Position numbers and translations under genes: made by a program. Source: Sphaerobacteraceae bacterium (GTDB lineage: Bacteria; Chloroflexota; Chloroflexia; Thermomicrobiales; Thermomicrobiaceae). From it: 64,000 bases of DNA. The notes beneath the pieces are model-generated. The model ran no database searches. It saw only the letters and a list, made by a program, of their open reading frames with translations, and was not told where the DNA came from. Shown here piece after piece: positions 37,280 to 47,017 of this stretch; within the stretch, counting starts at the first letter, position 1, and every line of letters starts with the position of its first letter. The DNA lies in the NCBI GenBank assembly GCA_007695115.1, contig REEK01000116.1:23944-87943 (forward strand), read 5' to 3'.

Positions 37280-37897
37280 ATGCATCGACGCTTCCACCTG
37301 GTTCGGCATGGCGTAACAACATGGAATCGGGTTCGTCGTTTTCAGGGGCACACAGATGTGCCCCTGAGCGATGAAGGCGAGCATCAGGCAGCGTTGACTG
37401 CTGCCCGGATGTCTTCCATGCCGATCACCGTTTGTTTTGCCAGTGATCTCAGTCGAGCGTTCGAAACGGCTCGGCCGATTGCCGAGTGCCTGGGAATCGA
37501 GATTCGCGGGTCGTTTGATCTTCGCGAAGCGAATAAGGGCTCGCTGGAGGGCAAGTACCGGGACCCGGACACCGGTATGCTTGGCGATGAATCTCACTAC
37601 CACGATGAAAATGACATCGATGCCCGCCCTCCCGGTGGCGAGAGCATGCTGGATCTCGGTGAGCGCAGCCAGCGCTTCTTCGACCGGTTGGAGTCGATAG
37701 AGTCAGAGCTTCCACCGGGAGACATTCTGCTGGTCTCGCACGGAGGCACGATGCGGACGTTGCTTGCGGTGCTGCTGGGATTGCCGATTTCGGCTGGACG
37801 ATCGTTCCACTTCGAAAACTGCGGTATCACCACGGTCGACATTCGAGGTGATCTTCCCGCGCTGCTCATGCGATACAACGACACTAATCACCTGTAG
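37280..37897 (+). CDS. Histidine phosphatase family protein (phosphoglycerate-mutase-like)
   Basis: 205 aa. N-terminal RHG motif (LVRHGVTTWN) and SHGG block. Confidence 0.88.
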   Translation: MHRRFHLVRHGVTTWNRVRRFQGHTDVPLSDEGEHQAALTAARMSSMPITVCFASDLSRAFETARPIAECLGIEIRGSFDLREANKGSLEGKYRDPDTGMLGDESHYHDENDIDARPPGGESMLDLGERSQRFFDRLESIESELPPGDILLVSHGGTMRTLLAVLLGLPISAGRSFHFENCGITTVDIRGDLPALLMRYNDTNHL

Positions 37898-37927
37898 TCG
37901 ACCCTCACCACCCGTCTCACAACTCGA

Positions 37928-39169
37928 TTATTCACTGGCCTGGCCTCTGATCTGATCGAGTGCGGTCAGGAACTGCGCGATATCCTGCTCATTCGTGTAA
38001 TGGGCCACGGAGACTCGGACGCCGCTCGGTATCTGCACTCGCCGCTGGATAATCTTGTGCGTCTGCCAGAGTTCTTCTGCCAGCTGAACGCCGTCCCAGC
38101 CATCGACTGAGAACGTCACGATTCCGCAGCTGTCTGCCCACGAATCCGGGGTGTGAACCGTCACGCCAGATCGGGCCGCCAGTTCTTGCTTCAGCGATGT
38201 GCTAACACGATCGACATGTTGATAGATCAACTCCCAGCCGATCTCTTCCTGATAGCGCACTGCGTCGGCGATTGCGCTGTATAGATGCCAGTTGCGGGTG
38301 CCGAACTCGAACCGCCAGGCATCGCCCCTGAAGGCCCAGTGAGAATCGTCGATTCCATTCTCCCTGAACTGGGAGCGATCGAAGCGAGGTTCAACAGAGC
38401 CGTCGCCAACGTAGCACGGTGACAGCAGATCAGTTCGATCTGTCCGGACGTGGAGGAACCCGGTACCTTTCGGGCCGCACAGCCATTTATGACCATTCCC
38501 AGTGCTGAAATCGCATCCAAGTTGCTGCACATCGACCGGAAACTGCCCGAGCGATTGGGCAGCGTCGACTAGCGACAGAACCTCATACGCCCGGCATATG
38601 TTGCACATGTCGTTGACCGGGAGTCGCCGACCAGTTTCACAGGAGACGTGGCTGAAAATTGCAAGTTTGACATCGCCGCCAGAGACGGCGCTCCGGAAGG
38701 ATTTCAGAAGTTCTTCATCGGAATCTTCCAGAGAGATCATCCGAATCTTCACCCCGGATTTGCGTGCAGCCAGAGCGAGTGGGTGGAGGACCGCCGGATG
38801 TTCTTCGGTGGTGGTAACGATCGTCGATCCAGCTGGTAGATCGAGACCAGCCACCACATAGTTGATTCCGTCTGAGGCGTTACGGGTCAGAGCGATTTCT
38901 TCTGGTCTGGCGTTCAGCAACCGAGCGAATGCCGACCGGCCTGTTTCGTATCCTTCCCGTGCTGCGGTTTCGCCAGCATGGCCGTAGCGTTCGTAATGGC
39001 TGATGGCTTCAAGGTGACGGGCCAACACGGTTTCGTTCATAACGCCGACGGTGCCAGTGTTGAGGTAGCAGAGTTCGTGCAGTACGGGAACGTCCTGGCG
39101 GATGCGGTCGATGGGGTAGGCATCGGTTGACGGGTTCACAGGTAGCTCCTGAAGTGACGGATCGATCAT
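37928..39169 (-). CDS. Class V aminotransferase (cysteine desulfurase / isopenicillin-N-epimerase-like)
   Basis: 413 aa. PLP-lysine block GNGHKWLCGPKGTGFL. Confidence 0.85.
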   Translation of the reverse strand: MIDPSLQELPVNPSTDAYPIDRIRQDVPVLHELCYLNTGTVGVMNETVLARHLEAISHYERYGHAGETAAREGYETGRSAFARLLNARPEEIALTRNASDGINYVVAGLDLPAGSTIVTTTEEHPAVLHPLALAARKSGVKIRMISLEDSDEELLKSFRSAVSGGDVKLAIFSHVSCETGRRLPVNDMCNICRAYEVLSLVDAAQSLGQFPVDVQQLGCDFSTGNGHKWLCGPKGTGFLHVRTDRTDLLSPCYVGDGSVEPRFDRSQFRENGIDDSHWAFRGDAWRFEFGTRNWHLYSAIADAVRYQEEIGWELIYQHVDRVSTSLKQELAARSGVTVHTPDSWADSCGIVTFSVDGWDGVQLAEELWQTHKIIQRRVQIPSGVRVSVAHYTNEQDIAQFLTALDQIRGQASE

Positions 39170-39227
39170 ACCGGCGGAATGCCGGAAGCTACCATCGGGA
39201 TTCAGAAGTTGTCAATTGCAAACGCCC

Positions 39228-39443
39228 TCAGCGATGCCCGGCGATTCGATCACACACCGATACGTACTCTGCCAGCAACGACTGCCAAGCTGATTCCCAC
39301 CGTTCGACGTTGTGTCCGCTAGCCACCGCTTCTTCGATTTTGGAGAACCCAGTTTCAAGACGCATGGCCAGCATGTCTCGTTGCTGTTCGAGCGTCATCG
39401 GTGGGACGAACTGTTCACTGATTGTCTGTTCTACGGCGCTCAT
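39228..39443 (-). CDS. Hypothetical small protein (71 aa)
   Basis: ATG 39443 with GGAAG upstream. No family recognised. Could be co-transcribed with the aminotransferase gene. Confidence 0.35.
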   Translation of the reverse strand: MSAVEQTISEQFVPPMTLEQQRDMLAMRLETGFSKIEEAVASGHNVERWESAWQSLLAEYVSVCDRIAGHR

Positions 39444-39566
39444 CGCTTCACTTCCTGTCCGAATCCAGAAATTAGAACGCGTGTTCTTATTGATGTTATC
39501 CGCATTGGCGTCCAGTGTCAAGTTGCTGTTGGGCTGTGTGATCGCTCAAGCGGGTGAGCACCGGTG

Positions 39567-39575
39567 TGCTATAAT
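39567..39575 (+). promoter_or_regulatory. Candidate extended -10 promoter (TGcTATAAT) for dnaN
   Basis: TGCTATAAT lies 45 nt upstream of the dnaN GTG. The -35 element is poor. Confidence 0.35.
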
Positions 39576-39620
39576 CCGCCGAGTAGCAAATATGTGCGTA
39601 CGAACGAAGGGAATCCGGCA

Positions 39621-40763
39621 GTGAAACTATCCTGCAAACAAGAGGAGCTGCAGCGGGCTTTGAGTCATGTATCCCGTGCAGTCTCTCGAAAATCTACGCT
39701 GCCGGTTCTGGCCAACGTTCTGCTGAAGACCGATGATTCTTCATTGAAGCTGGCTGCCACCAATCTGGAAATCGCCATTTCGGCCACCATTCCAGCCGAG
39801 ACGGATCAGCCCGGTGAGACGACGGTAAGGGCCGATCTCCTGACCGAGTTCGTGGCCAGCCTGCCGAACGACTCAGTCAAGTTCGAACTGGATACAGCCG
39901 GCCAGTCGCTGGCGCTCGAGTGCGCCCGTTCCAAGGCGCATATCAAGGGTCTGAACACGGATGATTTCCCGGAACTTCCTGCGATCGAGGATGGCCAGGT
40001 GACGGCGACGATCGATCCGCGAGTTCTTCGCGAGATGGTAGGGCAGGTTGCCTTTGCCGCGGCCACCGATGACAGTCGTCCGGTTCTGGCTGGCGTGCTC
40101 TGTGAATTTCAGGGTGGCAAGCTGACGCTGGCTGCTGCGGATGGATTTCGGCTTTCCGTGCGCAGTGCGGACCTGACCGAGCAGACCGGCGAGGACATGT
40201 CGATCGTTGTGCCGGCACGATCCCTCCAGGAACTGGCGCGGATCATCGCCGATCAGGAAGAAGCCGTGCAGCTCTGGGTGACGCCGAATCAGAGCCAGTT
40301 GCTGGCACGTTCGGGGTCGATCGAATTTCTGACTCGGTTGATCGACGGCCACTTCCCGGACTTCCGGCAGATCATTCCGCAAGAGTGGGAGACACGAGCG
40401 GTAATCGGCCGCGAAGATTTCCTGGCTGCCGCTCGAAGGGCCAAGCTCTTCGCCCAGTCCAACAACGATATCGTCAAGATCCAGGTGCAGCCCGGTGAAG
40501 ACGAGCTCGATCCCGGGATAGCCAGGGTTTCAGCCCAGGCTGCCGAGACTGGTGACAACGAGGACGCAGTCGAAGCGAGCATCGAGGGAAATGAATCGCA
40601 GATCGCCTTCAACGGGCGCTATCTGACCGACATTCTCGGAGTCATCCGGACTGGCGATGTTGCACTCGAAATGACCAGCGCCAACGCGGCTGGTGTCATT
40701 CGCCCGGTCGGCGACACCGAGTTCACACATGTCATCATGCCGATGGTGATCGGCAGCAGCTGA
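39621..40763 (+). CDS. dnaN: DNA polymerase III beta sliding clamp
   Basis: 380 aa from GTG 39621 (VKLSCKQEELQRAL...), the typical DnaN N-terminus and length. C-terminal ...MPMVI. The longer ORF start at 39564 was rejected. Confidence 0.94.
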   Translation: MKLSCKQEELQRALSHVSRAVSRKSTLPVLANVLLKTDDSSLKLAATNLEIAISATIPAETDQPGETTVRADLLTEFVASLPNDSVKFELDTAGQSLALECARSKAHIKGLNTDDFPELPAIEDGQVTATIDPRVLREMVGQVAFAAATDDSRPVLAGVLCEFQGGKLTLAAADGFRLSVRSADLTEQTGEDMSIVVPARSLQELARIIADQEEAVQLWVTPNQSQLLARSGSIEFLTRLIDGHFPDFRQIIPQEWETRAVIGREDFLAAARRAKLFAQSNNDIVKIQVQPGEDELDPGIARVSAQAAETGDNEDAVEASIEGNESQIAFNGRYLTDILGVIRTGDVALEMTSANAAGVIRPVGDTEFTHVIMPMVIGSS

Positions 40764-40828
40764 TCCAGTGTGATCGATCGATCGTCCTGGCCTTGCTGCG
40801 CATTTCACCCGAGTGAACTGACATCTTC

Positions 40829-42043
40829 ATGCATCTGACCACACTCCTGCTCGAGCAATTCCGCTGCTACCAGCGGCAGTACCTGGAATTGCCCGAGCAG
40901 GGAATCCGCCTCGCCGGTTCGAACGCCTCCGGAAAAACATCAATCGTTGAGGGTATTCGGATGCTCTCGATGATGAAGTCTGCCCGCGCCAGTGCCGAAC
41001 GTGAACTCATCAACTGGACAAGTAACCAGGAATACGGTCTGCCGCCTTATTCACGCCTTCAGGGGACCGTTCAACAGTCATCTGGGACCGAAACGCGGAT
41101 CGACATTACCCTGAGCGTTGACCCGAATCGACCGAGCCATACGCGCAAGCAGATCAAGGTGGATGGTCAGCCACGGCGGGCAATCGATGCGGTTGGGTAT
41201 CTCAAGACAGTCCTGTTCGAACCCGAAGATATGGAGCTGGTGCTCGGTTCACCGTCGGTGCGGCGACGGTACCTCGATGTGGCAATCTCAACGCTCGATT
41301 CCACCTACCTTCGCCTGCTCAGCCAGTATGGAAAAATCCTCGAACAGCGAAATGGCCTGCTCCGATCGCTTCGGGAGCTATCACGATCGGCGCGTCAATC
41401 GAGATCTGGCGAGCTGGACTACTGGGACAGTGAGTTGATCAACCGCGCCGCCTATATCGTGGCGGCCAGGCAGCGTTACATCGCCTCTATCGGTCCGCCA
41501 CTGGATGATGCCTTCCGGGCGCTACTGGGGGAGGAGTACGAGCTCGGCGCGACGTATGCGCAGTCATTGAGTGATCCCGGCCGTTCAGCTAGCTCGGTGC
41601 TCGGGAAAGCTACGAATGACCCGCTGGATGATCAGCGAGTGGTCATGGAAACCTTGCGCCACGAGCTGGAACAGCGCCGGGAGGAAGAGTTTGCCCGGGG
41701 TGTGACCGCATTTGGTCCACATCGTGACGACGTACAGCTCCTGCTGGACGACCGTGCGCTGGAGTCGTTCGGTTCACGTGGTCAGCAGCGAATGGCCGTA
41801 GTAGCGCTGAAGCTCAGCGAGGTCGAAGCGGTTCGGGCAACGACGGGTAGTCCTGCCGTGCTGCTTCTGGATGACGTCCTTTCGGAGCTGGATGAATCAC
41901 GCCAGCGGCGATTGTTGAAGCGGGTATCAGGGTTGGGCGCACAAGTTGTAGTCACGGCGACGGAGCGGGCGCTGATCGATGTCGAGCCATTGCAGGATCT
42001 TCCGATGTACACGGTCTCCGGGGGTGAAGCCAGGCTGTCCTGA
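40829..42043 (+). CDS. recF: DNA replication/repair protein RecF
   Basis: 404 aa. Walker A GSNASGKTS, signature SRGQQR, Walker B LLLDDVLSELD. Confidence 0.95.
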   Translation: MHLTTLLLEQFRCYQRQYLELPEQGIRLAGSNASGKTSIVEGIRMLSMMKSARASAERELINWTSNQEYGLPPYSRLQGTVQQSSGTETRIDITLSVDPNRPSHTRKQIKVDGQPRRAIDAVGYLKTVLFEPEDMELVLGSPSVRRRYLDVAISTLDSTYLRLLSQYGKILEQRNGLLRSLRELSRSARQSRSGELDYWDSELINRAAYIVAARQRYIASIGPPLDDAFRALLGEEYELGATYAQSLSDPGRSASSVLGKATNDPLDDQRVVMETLRHELEQRREEEFARGVTAFGPHRDDVQLLLDDRALESFGSRGQQRMAVVALKLSEVEAVRATTGSPAVLLLDDVLSELDESRQRRLLKRVSGLGAQVVVTATERALIDVEPLQDLPMYTVSGGEARLS

Positions 42044-42117
42044 CCCGATAATCAGGTTGTGTCGATCGGTTCGCTCTGGTAGACTTTTTCGTGGTTCAGC
42101 AATGGACCGACAACCAA

Positions 42118-42191
42118 TGGGGAGTCGTCTAATGGTAGGACAGCTGACTCTGAATCAGTAAGTTGGGGTTCGAATCCCTGCTCCCCAGCCA
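42118..42191 (+). tRNA. tRNA-Gln (anticodon CTG), CCA encoded
   Basis: Acceptor TGGGGAG/CTCCCCA, D stem GTCT/GGAC, anticodon stem GCTGA/TCAGT with loop CTCTGAA, T arm TGGGG-TTCGAAT-CCCTG (two G-U pairs), G + CCA. 74 nt. Confidence 0.88.
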
Positions 42192-42194
42192 GAG

Positions 42195-42216
42195 GCCGCC
42201 GAAAGGCGGCTTTTTT
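42195..42216 (+). terminator. Rho-independent terminator after tRNA-Gln
   Basis: GCCGCC-GAAA-GGCGGC followed by TTTTTT. Confidence 0.8.
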
Positions 42217-42366
42217 CGTGCCCGGCCCCCGCAATTCGCGATCGAAGCCAACCATCTCGTCAATAATCTATGTACGTACAGCAAGCGCGTCAAGCGGACA
42301 GGAGCAAATTTCTGTACGTGCTGGGCGGGCCAAGACGGGACCGGACGGAAATGGACCCCGGGCACG

Positions 42367-42396
42367 AAAAACGCGAGCCAATTGCTGGCTCGCGTT
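42367..42396 (-). terminator. Rho-independent terminator after the small membrane-protein gene
   Basis: Minus strand reads AACGCGAGCC-AGCAATT-GGCTCGCGTT followed by TTTTCG. Confidence 0.7.
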
Positions 42397-42423
42397 TATT
42401 GGTATCTGGATCTTGCTTGCGGG

Positions 42424-42723
42424 CTAGCGGATACCGTAGCGCTGTTTCATTTCGTTCTTGTTGACTCTGCGTCGGAACATCAGCACACTGATTGCCGCAA
42501 GGATGTAGCTGATACCGAATATGAGATCTACATTTGGCTGCCCGAACATCAGTGCCAGGGTAAGGGCGAAAAGGATCGGAAGGATCAACAGTCCAATGAT
42601 TGCGAAGATTGAAGCTTCGATCAATGCACCCCGCCAGTCTGATCCGGTCATCCTCGACACGATCAACGGCACAATCGTTCCCAGAGGCAACCAGACTCCC
42701 AGCGCCAACCAGATATCAGACAT
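42424..42723 (-). CDS. Hypothetical small membrane protein (3 predicted TM segments)
   Basis: 99 aa from ATG 42723 (GGAGGA RBS). Hydrophobic segments WLALGVWLPLGTIVPLIV, IFAIIGLLILPILFALTLALMF and IFGISYILAAISVLMF. Confidence 0.6.
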   Translation of the reverse strand: MSDIWLALGVWLPLGTIVPLIVSRMTGSDWRGALIEASIFAIIGLLILPILFALTLALMFGQPNVDLIFGISYILAAISVLMFRRRVNKNEMKQRYGIR

Positions 42724-42785
42724 AGATATTCCTCCGACTCCGTTCCGGTAATGGCGAACATCCAATTCACGCGTTTGATGCGCGA

Positions 42786-44492
42786 TTAGAAAAGTCCGGA
42801 GATACGTCCCGTATCGTCGGTCTCGATTGCCGTCCCTGATGGATCAGCTCCCAGGCCGGGCATAGTTCGGACTTCGCCGAGCAACGGGTAAACGAACCCG
42901 GCTCCAGCTGATAGACGCACATCCCGGACCGTGACTTCGAATCCGCTCGGAGCGCCCTTGAGCGACGGGTTGGCGCTGATCGAGAGATGCGTTTTGGCCA
43001 TACAGACTGGCAAATCGCCATACCCCATGGACGTGAACCGGCGAATCTGGCGGTTTGCGGCCGGCAGGAACGAGACACTGCCCGCACCATAAATTTCCCG
43101 GGCGATCGTCTCGATCTTGTCCTTGATCGGCGCATCCAGTGAGTAGAGTGGCGCGTAGCTGGAGGGAACTTCCTCCATCGCGCGCTCGAGCGCCCGGGCC
43201 AGCTCTGCGCCACCAGCGCCACCCTCAGCGTGAACGTGCGATTCAACTGCGTCGAATGCACCGGATTCGCGAGCCACCTGCTTGATCAGTTCGACCTCCG
43301 CCGCCGAATCAGTTGGGAACCGGTTGATCGCGACGACGACCGGAACACCGAACTTCCGGACGTTTTCGATCTGCTTCACCATATTCGAGACACCATCGCG
43401 CAGTGCTTCGATGTTCTCGACCTGCAAATCCTCGCTGGTCGCTTTGCCACCAAATCGATCACTGTGAGACTTCAGTGCACGGACAGTTACAACCAGTGTT
43501 GCAGCATCGGGCTTCAGGCCGGAAGCACGACACTTGATGTTGAAGAACTTCTCTGCGCCGAGATCGGCGCCGAAGCCCGCTTCGGTGATCAGTACGTCGG
43601 CGAGTTTGAGCCCGATTCGATCAGCCAGGATCGAACTGTTGCCGTGGGCGATGTTTCCGAATGGTCCTGCATGAACCAGGGCAGGGGTGTGCTCCAGCGT
43701 CTGCACCAGATTCGGTTTCAGCGCATCGACAAGCAGGGCAGACATTGCACCGGCCGCCCCGATATCTTCGGCCGTGATCGGTTTGCGATCGGTGGTGTAG
43801 GCGATAACGATACGTCCCAGGCGCTCCCGGAGATCCTTCTGACTGGTGGCCAGTGCCAGAATCGCCATCACCTCGGATGCGGCCGTAATGTCGAACCCGG
43901 TCTCTCTCGGCGTTCCGTTGCCAGATCCGAGTCCGGAAACCATGTTCCGCAACGAGCGGTCGTTGACGTCGAGCACGCGTCGCCAGGCGATGTTGTTGAC
44001 GTCGATGTTCAACTGGTTTCCATGATGCAGTGAATTGTCGAGAAAAGCCGCGCACAGGTTGTGGGCGGCGGTCACCGCATGCGCATCTCCGGTGAAGTGA
44101 AGGTTCAGATCTTCCATTGGGATGATCTGGGCGTGTCCGCCTCCTGCGGCACCACCTTTGGCTCCGAACACCGGCCCGAGCGATGGCTGGCGGATCGCCA
44201 CGATCGAGTTCCGACCGATGTGCGAGAACGCCTGCCCCAGACCGACCGTTGTTGTGGTCTTGCCTTCGCCTGGTGGAGTAGGGGTGATGGCGGTGACGAC
44301 GATGTACTTACCATTCGGCCGATCGGCCAGCCGGGATTCGACATCCAGCCGGATCTTTGCCTTATACGGTCCGTACTGCTCGATCTCCTCTTCGATCAGC
44401 CCGACTGATTTCGCGATCTCGACAACATGCCTGGGCTGCACACTCTGTGCGATTTCACTGTCAGAAGCCATCGTCGCTGCCCTTTCTTCCAC
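42786..44492 (-). CDS. fhs: Formate--tetrahydrofolate ligase
   Basis: 568 aa. The PTPPGEGKTTTTVGL P-loop is typical of FTHFS. Confidence 0.96.
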   Translation of the reverse strand: MEERAATMASDSEIAQSVQPRHVVEIAKSVGLIEEEIEQYGPYKAKIRLDVESRLADRPNGKYIVVTAITPTPPGEGKTTTTVGLGQAFSHIGRNSIVAIRQPSLGPVFGAKGGAAGGGHAQIIPMEDLNLHFTGDAHAVTAAHNLCAAFLDNSLHHGNQLNIDVNNIAWRRVLDVNDRSLRNMVSGLGSGNGTPRETGFDITAASEVMAILALATSQKDLRERLGRIVIAYTTDRKPITAEDIGAAGAMSALLVDALKPNLVQTLEHTPALVHAGPFGNIAHGNSSILADRIGLKLADVLITEAGFGADLGAEKFFNIKCRASGLKPDAATLVVTVRALKSHSDRFGGKATSEDLQVENIEALRDGVSNMVKQIENVRKFGVPVVVAINRFPTDSAAEVELIKQVARESGAFDAVESHVHAEGGAGGAELARALERAMEEVPSSYAPLYSLDAPIKDKIETIAREIYGAGSVSFLPAANRQIRRFTSMGYGDLPVCMAKTHLSISANPSLKGAPSGFEVTVRDVRLSAGAGFVYPLLGEVRTMPGLGADPSGTAIETDDTGRISGLF

Positions 44493-44522
44493 CGATAACT
44501 AACGGTCGATACAGATCCGGAT

Positions 44523-45383
44523 TCAGGCTCGTTGCGGCAATCGCCGCTGAATTCTGGCCGCCCGGACGGTATTAGCCGCCAGGACGCGCTGGGTTACGAC
44601 GCCAGTTCCGCCCGGAACTGGTGTGATTGCTCCGGCCACGTCCATCACCGACGGGTCAGCGTCACCGGTCATACTGCCGTCGACGAAGTTGACCCCGAAA
44701 TCGATAACGGTGGTGCCTGGCCGGATCATGTCCCCTGTCAGCACGCCAGGCTTCCCGGCGGCGAGCACGACGATGTCGGCTTCGCGGGTGATCGATGCAA
44801 GGTCTCTGGTGCGACTATGGCAGATGGTGACCGTCGCGTTTTCGGCGAGTAGCAATAGTGCCATCGGTTGCCCGACGATCGGACTCCGGCCGATGACGAC
44901 CGCGTGCTGGCCCTCGATCGGCATCTGATAGTGGCGAAGAATCTCGATGCCGCCCATCGGGGTGCTCGGCACCAGATGGGGTACGGCGAGTGAAAGCCGC
45001 CCAGCGTTGGCATAGGTGATTCCGTCAATGTCTTTGTCAGCCGATAGGATGTTGGCCGGCAACTCCCGATCGAGGTGATCGGGGAGTGGTTGAAAGACGA
45101 TGACGCCATCGATATCCGGGTCCTGGTTCAGTTCACCAAGGATTCGCTCCAGTTTGTCTTCGGATATCGTCGCCTCGATCTCACGGGGCACCACGTCGAT
45201 GCCCACGCGTTTAAATGTGCGAAGGATAGATCGGAAATAGGCATGACTCGATTCGTCGTCTCCTACAAGCACTGCAGCAGCGGTGGCTGGAGGGCCCGGG
45301 GCGTGATCTACCTCGGCTAATTCGTCACGCAGGCGCTGCTCTATCTCAAGCGCCACCGGTTTTCCTTCAAGCATCAGGGGCAT
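44523..45383 (-). CDS. folD: Bifunctional methylene-THF dehydrogenase / methenyl-THF cyclohydrolase
   Basis: 286 aa. VVIGRSPIVGQPMALLL and GGTGVVT-type C-terminal blocks. Confidence 0.95.
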   Translation of the reverse strand: MPLMLEGKPVALEIEQRLRDELAEVDHAPGPPATAAAVLVGDDESSHAYFRSILRTFKRVGIDVVPREIEATISEDKLERILGELNQDPDIDGVIVFQPLPDHLDRELPANILSADKDIDGITYANAGRLSLAVPHLVPSTPMGGIEILRHYQMPIEGQHAVVIGRSPIVGQPMALLLLAENATVTICHSRTRDLASITREADIVVLAAGKPGVLTGDMIRPGTTVIDFGVNFVDGSMTGDADPSVMDVAGAITPVPGGTGVVTQRVLAANTVRAARIQRRLPQRA

Positions 45384-45410
45384 TAGCCATCCCGTCTCGT
45401 CTGGTTACTG

Positions 45411-46061
45411 CTACCGAATTACGCTTCTGGTCCGGGCAACGACGTTGTTGGCCTGTTCCTGACTCTGAGAATAAAGGTCTTCGATCTCCTGTGCAATGCG
45501 GGTTGCCTCTTCCTCCTGGTCGATCATCGCCAGGTTCACTTCAGCCATCAGGAGCAGTGAGGTGATCGCTCCGGCTGACGTTGCCGCCACGGCTCCCAGG
45601 TCGGATGCCGTAAACGGTCGGGCCAGGTGCTGGAGCTCATCGATGGTGCGGAGCAACCGCTTCCCGTCTCTGGCGACCCGGAGCGGGTTCTCGATCGCCG
45701 CATCGACGGCCTCTCTCGACCGCTCCACGATCGATGCCGGCACGTCTTCGGCGCTCTTCCGGGCTTTTCGCAACTGATTCTGGGAGTCCATCAGCTCGGT
45801 AAGGGCCGCGATGTCTTCATCGATTGCCTGCAGGAACATCTGTCGCAACCCCTGACACAACTGAACGGCGCTCTCGAGCTCGCTGCGCTCGTGCACTTCG
45901 AGCTTCTTCCGGCCGGCGCTTAGCTGGAAAACCAACTCGGCAGTGGCTGCGGCTCCGGCCAGGGACATTGCGGCGACAGCGCCGCCTCCGGCCAGTTGAT
46001 CTGTGCTGGCGATGGTTTCTACCAGCTTGTCGATCGTCCAGGGTTTTTCGGAACTACTCAT
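45411..46061 (-). CDS. Cyclodeaminase/cyclohydrolase family protein (FTCD_C-like; methenyl-THF cyclohydrolase type)
   Basis: 216 aa from ATG 46061. ETIASTDQLAGGGAVAAMSLAGAAATAELV matches the FTCD C-terminal domain pattern. The ORF start at 46127 lies at the predicted transcription start and was rejected. Confidence 0.8.
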   Translation of the reverse strand: MSSSEKPWTIDKLVETIASTDQLAGGGAVAAMSLAGAAATAELVFQLSAGRKKLEVHERSELESAVQLCQGLRQMFLQAIDEDIAALTELMDSQNQLRKARKSAEDVPASIVERSREAVDAAIENPLRVARDGKRLLRTIDELQHLARPFTASDLGAVAATSAGAITSLLLMAEVNLAMIDQEEEATRIAQEIEDLYSQSQEQANNVVARTRSVIR

Positions 46062-46133
46062 CGTGCGATCTCTTTCTGAAAGCCGAAACCCACCGCGGGA
46101 CGGGATTCCGGCGGGATCAATTCTCAACCGGGG

Positions 46134-46142
46134 AGTATAACA
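46134..46142 (-). promoter_or_regulatory. Candidate extended -10 promoter (TGtTATACT) for the cyclohydrolase-folD-fhs string
   Basis: Minus strand reads TGTTATACT, about 70 nt upstream of ATG 46061. Confidence 0.4.
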
Positions 46143-46271
46143 CTGACGAATTTCTGTGCGGATAATGTCGAGTTGCTGTCACGTTCGTTGTCTGGACAAC
46201 CCAAATACCATCCAATGCGCATAAATGGTTGGTGGGCCACTGGCAACGATGTGGAAAACGTGGAAAACTGA

Positions 46272-46300
46272 TTGACAGGGTGTCACGCAGCGAGTATTAT
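46272..46300 (+). promoter_or_regulatory. Near-consensus sigma-70 promoter for the XRE regulator gene
   Basis: TTGACA - 17 nt - TATTAT, with the -10 ending 60 nt upstream of ATG 46361. Confidence 0.55.
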
Positions 46301-46360
46301 GCAGTCAGCAAGTCAATGCGTACGTTCGCTGGTAGCGAACACAATCGAGAGGTCGTTCAC

Positions 46361-46801
46361 ATGGGCGCAATGGAAGCACCGAAGGAGACGACACCCTTTG
46401 CCCGTATGCTCAAGGAACTTCGCGAGGATCGCGGGATTTCCCAGAGTCGGCTGGCTGAAGCGTCGCACTTCGATCACAGTTACGTGAGTAGACTTGAGAG
46501 TGGTAATCGGGCACCGACCCGGGAAGCTGTCAGCAAGCTGGCGGATGCCCTCGGACTCGATGCACGCCAGCGAGACAGCCTTCTGGCTGCGGCCGGGTTC
46601 ATGCCGCAGCGTGTCGAGAGCCTGTTCGCTGACGAACCCGTTCTCAGTGATGTTTTTCAGCTGCTGAGCAACGATGACATCCCTGAACCAGTTCGGATGA
46701 ACGTTCGACAGATGCTCAAGGTGATGGTTCAGCAGGCCCGTCTGGCCTCGCATTCCGAAGAGTTTCCGTCGGATCCGGGCGGCCATCTGATGGCCGACTA
46801 G
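46361..46801 (+). CDS. XRE-family helix-turn-helix transcriptional regulator
   Basis: 146 aa from ATG 46361. HTH_3 pattern LKELREDRGISQSRLAEASHFDHSYVSRLESGNRAPT. The C-terminal ~80 aa are unassigned. Confidence 0.85.
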   Translation: MGAMEAPKETTPFARMLKELREDRGISQSRLAEASHFDHSYVSRLESGNRAPTREAVSKLADALGLDARQRDSLLAAAGFMPQRVESLFADEPVLSDVFQLLSNDDIPEPVRMNVRQMLKVMVQQARLASHSEEFPSDPGGHLMAD

Positions 46802-47017
46802 CAGTAGTTTCGTATGAGGTGGTGGGCGACCAGGGAGTGCTCCAAAACTGGAGTGAGTCGACCTGCTGATCAGTTTCGTACTGGTATCATTCGGAGACCG
46901 GGTTCAGACGAAATGTCGAACATTTGGGGATAAATCGCCCGGCGAGTTTCCCCGATGATTCGGGACGCAAGACCGCACGATCGACGCACGCAAGACGATA
47001 ATCTGGGGGCAGTTGCC

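Noticed and set aside
39170-39620. Possible oriC/DnaA-box cluster upstream of dnaN (TTATCCGCA at 39496-39504; the same 9-mer occurs on the minus strand at 46157-46165)
   Set aside because: There is only one near-consensus box upstream of dnaN, no AT-rich unwinding element and no dnaA gene. Two copies of a 9-mer in this much sequence is not significant.
42192-42423. tRNA-Gln 3' flank as a genomic-island integration site
   Set aside because: There is no integrase, no direct repeat of the tRNA 3' end, and only a small membrane-protein gene before core genes resume.
46062-46360. Long N-terminal extensions of the cyclohydrolase (start 46127) and XRE (start 46229) ORFs
   Set aside because: The predicted promoters lie inside or downstream of these extensions. 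The internal ATGs have better RBSs and give family-typical N-termini.
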